Positions 56,911-64,000 of a stretch of DNA of 64,000 bases are shown here, piece after piece (the first letter of the stretch is position 1; each line of letters starts with the position of its first letter). The notes under the pieces were generated by a model. The model ran no database searches. It saw nothing but the letters and a program-made list of their open reading frames with translations, and had not been told where the DNA came from. This stretch comes from Octopus vulgaris (lineage: Eukaryota): assembly GCA_951406725.2 (NCBI GenBank), contig OX597817.1, positions 11,284,001 to 11,348,000 of the forward strand. Direction: 5' to 3'. The translations under genes and the position numbers were made by a program.

Positions 56911-57240
56911 TACAAAATTAGAGAATGGAGAAACATACTTAAATCAGTAAAACATCAACTATCCGATGATACCCAATCCATACTTTAATACACCATTACA
57001 TATGAGTAAAGGCAATATATAAAATGAAATGAGATATACAGTAATAGTAAAAGTAAAAAGATAAAGAGATATAAGTAAAAAATTTCAAATATAATATGCA
57101 AATAAATCAAAACTGACAGCTGTTTCGGCAGTGAGGACAGTCATACCTCATTTAACCTATAAGCCATAAAGGCAGGTATAAATGAGGCATTAACAAGGAT
57201 GCCCCACGGCCTCTTCAGAGAATTAAATTAAATTTGTTAT
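56909..57240 (-). mobile_element. PLE 3' end abutting (TA)n
   Basis: Contains a hammerhead motif; tail resembles 33270-33323. Confidence 0.7.
57113..57222 (-). ncRNA. Hammerhead ribozyme motif with long stem II
   Basis: CUGAAGA GGC [~77-nt hairpin] GCC GAAACAGCUGUC; palindromic stem III, GUC site, weak stem I. Confidence 0.75.
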
Positions 57241-57560
57241 AATAGTGAAAAATATTATATAATCATATACATATAAATATAAAAATATAAAAATGTAAAA
57301 TATAAAAACTTATATATCATAATGCTACACTTATATAATATAATACACATTTGTACAAAAAGGAAGGTAAACAGAACAATATAAAACAAAATATATAACA
57401 GTGTATATATTAATATTAATAAGTACCGATATTATACATATTTGGCTAATAGTTTTTTTATATAAAAAAAGGGCTAACACATATGGAGATGAAAAATAAT
57501 AATTAAATCCGTGGTACAGTTCATAAAATTCTAAAGCTATAAAAGTTAATAAAAATTACT

Positions 57561-57607
<47 letters not shown>

Positions 57608-57729
57608 TAATAATAATAAAAAAATACTAAAAATAGATACAGTTAAGTTAGCACCAAGTCCATCCTTTCAAGATCGAAATTAGAATAATAAAAATGTTCT
57701 TAGTACACTAGATTGATGACGATGATGAT

Positions 57730-57987
57730 GATGATCCCCTTCGGTCAGACACTGACCATGGGTTTGCACCTAGAGAATTACTCTCTAAGGCACAAGTCTG
57801 GGCAAGGTTGTTTTACGGAAGACCAGCAGTCGCCCATGCATACCGGCCTCCCCTCTTCACGTCACCGATGTTGTCCAAGGGAAAGGCAAGGGCCGATACA
57901 GCTTGACACCTGTGACGTCGCAACTCATTTCTACAGCTGAGTGAACTGGAGCAACGTGAAATAAAGTGTCTTGCTCAAGAAGACAAG
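57730..57987 (-). mobile_element. 5'-truncated SINE family F with (CAT)n tail
   Basis: TTGAGCAAGACACTTTATTTCACGTTGCTCCAGTTCACTCAGCTGTAGAAATGAG, a SINE-core-like domain. Confidence 0.7.
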
Positions 57988-58143
57988 ATTATATTTGATA
58001 AAATGAGTAGAGATGGCTTTTGGTGGGGATAATTTTTATTTCAATTATAATGTTTACAGTAACTCTAAATAAGTTTACAAACTGATATTCTGTGGCGTAT
58101 ATATGTGATTAAATAAGGACACACCATACAAAATTATAAATCA

Positions 58144-58240
<97 letters not shown>

Positions 58241-58414
58241 TAATGAGGGAGATAAATTGAATATTAATTTAATTAATATCAATTTAAAACCAGTAGCGTA
58301 GCATATAAAAAATCTGAAAAATCAGAAAAAAATTTCATTACAAGTGTATATTTAGGGCTAAACCACTAGCGTATGGTTTAACTCTAAATACACACACATA
58401 CACGCATATATATA

Positions 58415-58557
58415 CTTAGCGGTTCGGCAAAAGAGACCGATAGAATAAGTACTGGGCTTACAAAAGAATAAGTCCCGGGGTCGATTTGCTCGACTAAAGG
58501 CGGTGCTCCAGCATGGCCGCAGTCAAATGACTGAAACAAGTAAAAGAGTAAAAGAGT
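58415..58557 (+). mobile_element. SINE family A 3' half
   Basis: Family match. Confidence 0.92.
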
Positions 58558-58896
58558 ATATATATACCGGAATAAACACATAAATGTGAAACAAGGTGTA
58601 AAAAAGAGTACTCAAATACCAGTGGTAGAGTAATTTACTTTATTTAAAAGCAGCAGAAAATTCAACAAATCCTGATACTCTGAGTTTCACGTTAGAGACA
58701 AATGAAGGAAGGGCACTGAACACAAAAGTTTCAAGTGTGATGCTAGTCTTCAGCCATTGGAATTAGAATGTAATGTTGATGGGAAAGATTAACTGTATAT
58801 TACTGGGTGTTAGCCTGCGTTTGGTGAAGAAAGGCATCTTCCCAGTAATTTTTGTCGCTGAAAAAATTACTACATCAAACTGTGATACTGCACGTG

Positions 58897-58930
<34 letters not shown>

Positions 58931-58933
<3 letters not shown>

Positions 58934-59857
58934 TAAATAAATGGAGTTTAACGCAGTGTAAATCAAATATTTTTACTTTCGACACATGTTTCGAAAATTC
59001 CACTGATACTATTCAAAAGAATAAATGGTATAAACAATGCAATCTTCTCTTCGGGAAAATGAAAAGAACGAAACTCGTCAATACGACATTTTAGCAAAAA
59101 ATGATGGATTTGTATAGCGATCGACAGAACGCTATTAATATTGTTTAAAAAAACGTTATATGATATAACGTCATAAGTAGCTAACAGAAAGAGTGTGGAT
59201 ACCAATAGTGAATGTTAAATATAAAGGAAATTAAAGTTTAAATTATATATAATTATAGAGACTACTTATATGCACTAAATGTGTGTTTTTGCCAATGCTT
59301 ACATCTGTATGCTCGTTCTATAACCGTGTTTACTAGAGTATTTTTAGAAAAACTTATGAAAAATAGCTCAGAATTGCAGAGGAGACAGAATTCCTTGCCT
59401 TTGTCATAAGGTATCGAAATTGAGAGAATCAACCATTCTAAATGAAATTGTTCATTGTGGTCTTTTAAATCCCAAATCAGTTTGTTGAGACCGGTATTAT
59501 TACGTTTATTTCTATCCCTAAATGTTGAGTAATGGATAGAAATTCTTTTAGATAACTCTAACGAAGTAAAATCGTACTTTATTACGAGTACTGATTATAC
59601 ACTGGTATATAGAATTTCTAATCCTAGAGTTACTTGACATAAACTTAATTCTATTGGAATTGACTTCAGATGCAATAACCTTGTTATTAATATTACTAGA
59701 GGGTTGGATCGTATTAGCTAAATTAATGTTAGTATTAGTAAATGTATTAATATTTAACAATTTGTTATTATGTGAAGAGATAATTTGTAAGATATTTTTT
59801 GTGTTTGAAAAACCTATCCTAACCATATGTGAATTGATAATAGAGTAATATCTAGAA
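58931..59857 (-). mobile_element. 5'-truncated Penelope-like element (Naiad/Hydra-type GIY-YIG endonuclease remnant + 3' UTR + hammerhead) between (TA)n tracts
   Basis: VRIGFSNTKNILQIISSHNNKLL..NSIYQCII; after a frameshift KRISIHYSTFRDRNKRNNTGLNKLIWDLKD..EWLILS..PYDKGKEFCLLCNSE..LVN..RCKH..* (stop at 59262-59264). Confidence 0.88.
58976..59059 (-). ncRNA. Hammerhead ribozyme motif, U4C core variant, long stem II
   Basis: UUUUC CCGAAGA GAA [hairpin] UUC GAAACAUGUGUC GAAAG. Confidence 0.7.
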
Positions 59858-59879
59858 TATATATATATATATATATATA

Positions 59880-59954
<75 letters not shown>

Positions 59955-60414
59955 TGTGTGTGTATACATCACCAGACAATAATATTTGGCTAATAATTTT
60001 AGAAACTAAATTATTCTAGCTGCTAGACTTATCATGAAAATAGTCATTTAACTAACAGAATTTTGTATTTTGACTGTTTGGAAGACCTAAATTTAATTGT
60101 AATATTGTGGTATCTAACAATTAACTTTAAGTTTTGTTACGTCTTTTCTAAATCTACCGAGCTTACGCCCCATTATGTTCCTAGATATCTGTTGTCCGTC
60201 GTCACTGTAAATTCTACTTACTATGGGATTTTGCTTTGCTATATAAAGTATAAAGCTTTATAAGTTCACACAACTGAGCACCATCATAAGAAGTCATAAA
60301 AACATTAGATGAATTGTACTTTTTTTTTTTACTCAACATTATCAAAAAGCGAGATTATTTCGTGTATTTTGTTTTATATCAGATTCGCTAACCGGTATAA
60401 TTCTGTTTGTGAAG

Positions 60415-60644
60415 ACCGTGAGCTGGCAGAAACGTTAGTACGCTGAGCGAAATGCGTAGACGTATTTCGTCTGCCGTTACGTTCTGAGTTCAAATTCCGC
60501 CGAGGTCGACTTTGCCTTTCAACCTTTCGGGGTCGATTAAATAAGTACCAGTTACGCACTGAGGTCGATATAGTCGACTTAATCCGTTTGTCTCTCCTTG
60601 TTTGTCCTCTCTGTGTTTAGCCCCTTGCGGGTAGTAAACAAATA
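60415..60644 (+). mobile_element. SINE family C
   Basis: Family match. Confidence 0.9.
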
Positions 60645-61955
60645 GAGAGCTGAGAAGAAAAGATTTTATAACCGACGGGTGTAAAATCAGAGTAATCAAA
60701 CTAAGGGAATTCAATATCCTGCATGCAGTAGATTATTCGAAAACATTTTACAATGTTACCTAATGACAGGTAAGATATGTTCTCTTTTTATCTAAGCTTT
60801 TGATCCCCTGTAGTATATCTTTACGGTGTACCTCCTAGTTTTGAATCTATATACGACTACATGTAGCGAAATTTAATTTCTGATTCTAAAACGTTATGGG
60901 TGACATTTAAGTGTCTGTGTGTTGCGAATGAGTATTCAATATTATCCTCTATATTAAACTTCTTGGCGATTTCTGATCTTCTAAGTTACTAAAGCTAGTA
61001 GCGTTTTCCATAGATTTTTCTTTTATAGAGTGAATCTGTAGAAAAAAAAAATCCGATTGGTATAAGTGCATTTATATAATAATTTAAAGAAATTTTTTTT
61101 TTTGGTCATGTTAGAAGAAACATGTACTTTTCCAAAATTGTGTAAAGAGGTCAGGTTCCTTTATAAATTGCTTTGATAGCTGTTGCAGATTATCCGGAAT
61201 TTACCCCTTTTTATAAGGTCAGTTTCGTTTCAAATATTTCTGCCGTTGTAGAGGGAGGATTTTGCTTTCAAACCCTACCCCCATCAAAGATACAGATATA
61301 TATATATATATACATACATACATATTCGTACATACGTATATATATATATACATACGTACATATCCGTGCACATACACACGCGCACACATACATGCATGCA
61401 TGCATGCACACACACACACATGTACGCGTACACACACACACACACACACAAACATACATATATGTATGTATATGTATCTGGGGATCAATTTGTGACACTT
61501 TCATTGCTGGATATCAAAACCTGCTGTTAGTACAGCTCAAATATAGAAGTAGTTCTCTTGAGTATTATGTCGGAAACTACCAGAAATATGATTGACATTT
61601 GTGGTAATAAGTGCGATCCTGATATAACGTCATCAAGGCTATTATATTCCTTAGTTTCCTGGAGTGAAATATTTCATTTCTAGAAGATTATTATTACACG
61701 CACACACTCACACGCATACACACACACATGCACAAAAATACAAACTAACAAATAGACATACGCACATGCACACATATGTATGTATTGATGTCTGTACATA
61801 TTCATGTATTCATACATATATGTATGAATATGTATGAATATACTTTTTCCAAGAGAAAATTTTTCTGTCATCACTGTTATTAAATATATTTTCAATATCA
61901 TTCAATCACATATACACATGCACACACACACACACACACACACATGTTTTTGCAC

Positions 61956-62026
<71 letters not shown>

Positions 62027-62231
62027 CATCTATATGTGTGTGTGTTTGCGTGTGTGTGTACATACAATGGGTATGTAAATTAAACACAAATATGTATATA
62101 TAATTTATGTTTGAGAAAACTATATACATAAATGAATATGCATATTCATGTGCATACACCTATCTATATCTGTATATATATATATACATATATGTATACA
62201 TATATGTATACATATATGTATACATATATGT

Positions 62232-62294
<63 letters not shown>

Positions 62295-62659
62295 CTCGAA
62301 CAAATTATGCACGGACACACGCACAGATATATCCTTATCTCTCTCATGTATATACATATATACATATCTTAAAAGCTATAATTTTTAGTTACATTATTAT
62401 GCATATATCCTTAACGATTTCTTGGCTGGATTTTACACCCTACTGCTAATACTGCTCCAATATTGAAGTGAACCTCATGAGAGTAATTTGGAGCCCCACA
62501 GCAATAACATCAACATTTCTGGTAATAACTCCAATCCTGATATTATGATATAATACCATCAAGGCTATTAGTTTCCTCGGTTTCCTAAAATGAACAGGTT
62601 TGCGGCAATCTTTCGAGATGTGTCATAGAAGTTTTTCAGTTTATTATACAACGGTATAA

Positions 62660-63068
62660 GAGGCGTAGGCGTGGCTGTGTGGTAATTAGCTTGCTTACGA
62701 ACCACATGGTTCCGGGTTCAGTCCCACTGCGTGGCACCTTGGGCGAGTGTCTTCTACTATAGCCTCGGACCAACTAAAGCCTTGTCAGTAGATTTAGTAG
62801 ACGGAAACTGAAAGAAGCCCGTTGTATATATGTATATGTATGCATGTGTGTGTATATGTCTGTGTGTCTGTGTTTGTCCCCCCAACATTGCTTGACAACC
62901 GATGCTGGTGTGTTTACGGCCCCGTCACTTAGTAGTTCGGCAAAAATGACTGATAGAATAAGTACTAGGCTTACAAAGAATAAGTCCTGGGGTCGATTTG
63001 GTCGATTACAGGCGGTGCTTCAGCATGGCCACAGTCACATGACTGAAACAAGTAAAAGAGTAAAAGAG
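62660..63068 (+). mobile_element. SINE family A
   Basis: Family match. Confidence 0.94.
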
Positions 63069-64000
63069 TGAAAGAACGGTGGCGCACACAAGAAGAGCAT
63101 ATTTATATAAATATAAATATACATACATACGCGTGCACACACGCATACATGCACATACTCACTCACACACATATACACACAACACAAACACACACACACA
63201 TAAGTACGTACGTATATATATATATGAATGTATGTGTGTGTGTGTTTGTGCTTGCCTGTAATTATTGAAATAACTTTCAATAATTATGATAGGGATAATT
63301 TTATTAAGAAAACTTTTTAATAGAGGGAACCCTTTGATTTCGCTCCTCTTAGCAGCAAGATATGTCAATCAAAATATAACCTTATTTTGGGATAAATATT
63401 TCTTTTACCATCGAAATACCCTGTACCAGAATATAGCATACTGTTTCATGTCTTTATCTAAAGTTCTATGTCTGCGAAATTACCAGGCATCTTTCATTTT
63501 ATACAACACTTCAACAATTTTGTGGGTAGATTCTCTGAAAAATTCCGGGCAGGTACATCTGAATTTTTCAGGCATGTATTTAAGTTACTTTTACAAAATA
63601 TTCCGGGAGAAGTGAAATTTAAACGCTAAAATTCTTTCCCTGTACCTGCCCTAAGTTCAAATGAATAACGCACACTGAAATGAAGAAAAAATACGATTAG
63701 GGTAAAATTTATAAGGGGAACTTTTGCATGGGTTGTACAAGATGATTAAATCAATATTCAATATATTACTAGTTTTATTTGTATTGGCCTCCAGTGAGAT
63801 GAGAAGTAAAGGTGACTACAAAAAGATTTGTCTTATATTTGCTTATCTCGAAGTTAGAGCAACAGGATAACTCCTGTAGAGCTGATTTAAAGCACTTCAC
63901 AAAAACAACTATTGTTTACTCAAGTTTAATGCCTACAATTTACAGAGGATACATTTCTGATAAACAAAATTTAAGCACTGCTATTCAATCTACAAGGGAA

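Overview
AT-rich eukaryotic, repeat-dominated DNA with no confidently identifiable intact host gene. The SINE families and extreme microsatellite density suggest an octopus (coleoid cephalopod) intergenic or intronic region; this is an inference. Contents: at least six SINE families (tRNA-derived where the head is preserved), decayed RTE and R4/Dong-like (RLE) non-LTR retrotransposons, two Helitron remnants, Tc1/mariner remnants and many microsatellites. Nearly all ORFs in the track are microsatellite or SINE artefacts. The most notable signal is a set of Penelope-like element (PLE) remnants sitting in (TA)n tracts, several as foldback 'inverted arm + direct arm + tail' units. They carry a diverse set of hammerhead-ribozyme motifs: a canonical minimal core, long-stem-II forms, a U4C variant linked to a GIY-YIG endonuclease remnant, and a compensatory G3-C8 core swap. 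All structures were read by eye, family names are informal labels, and the coordinates of decayed elements are approximate.
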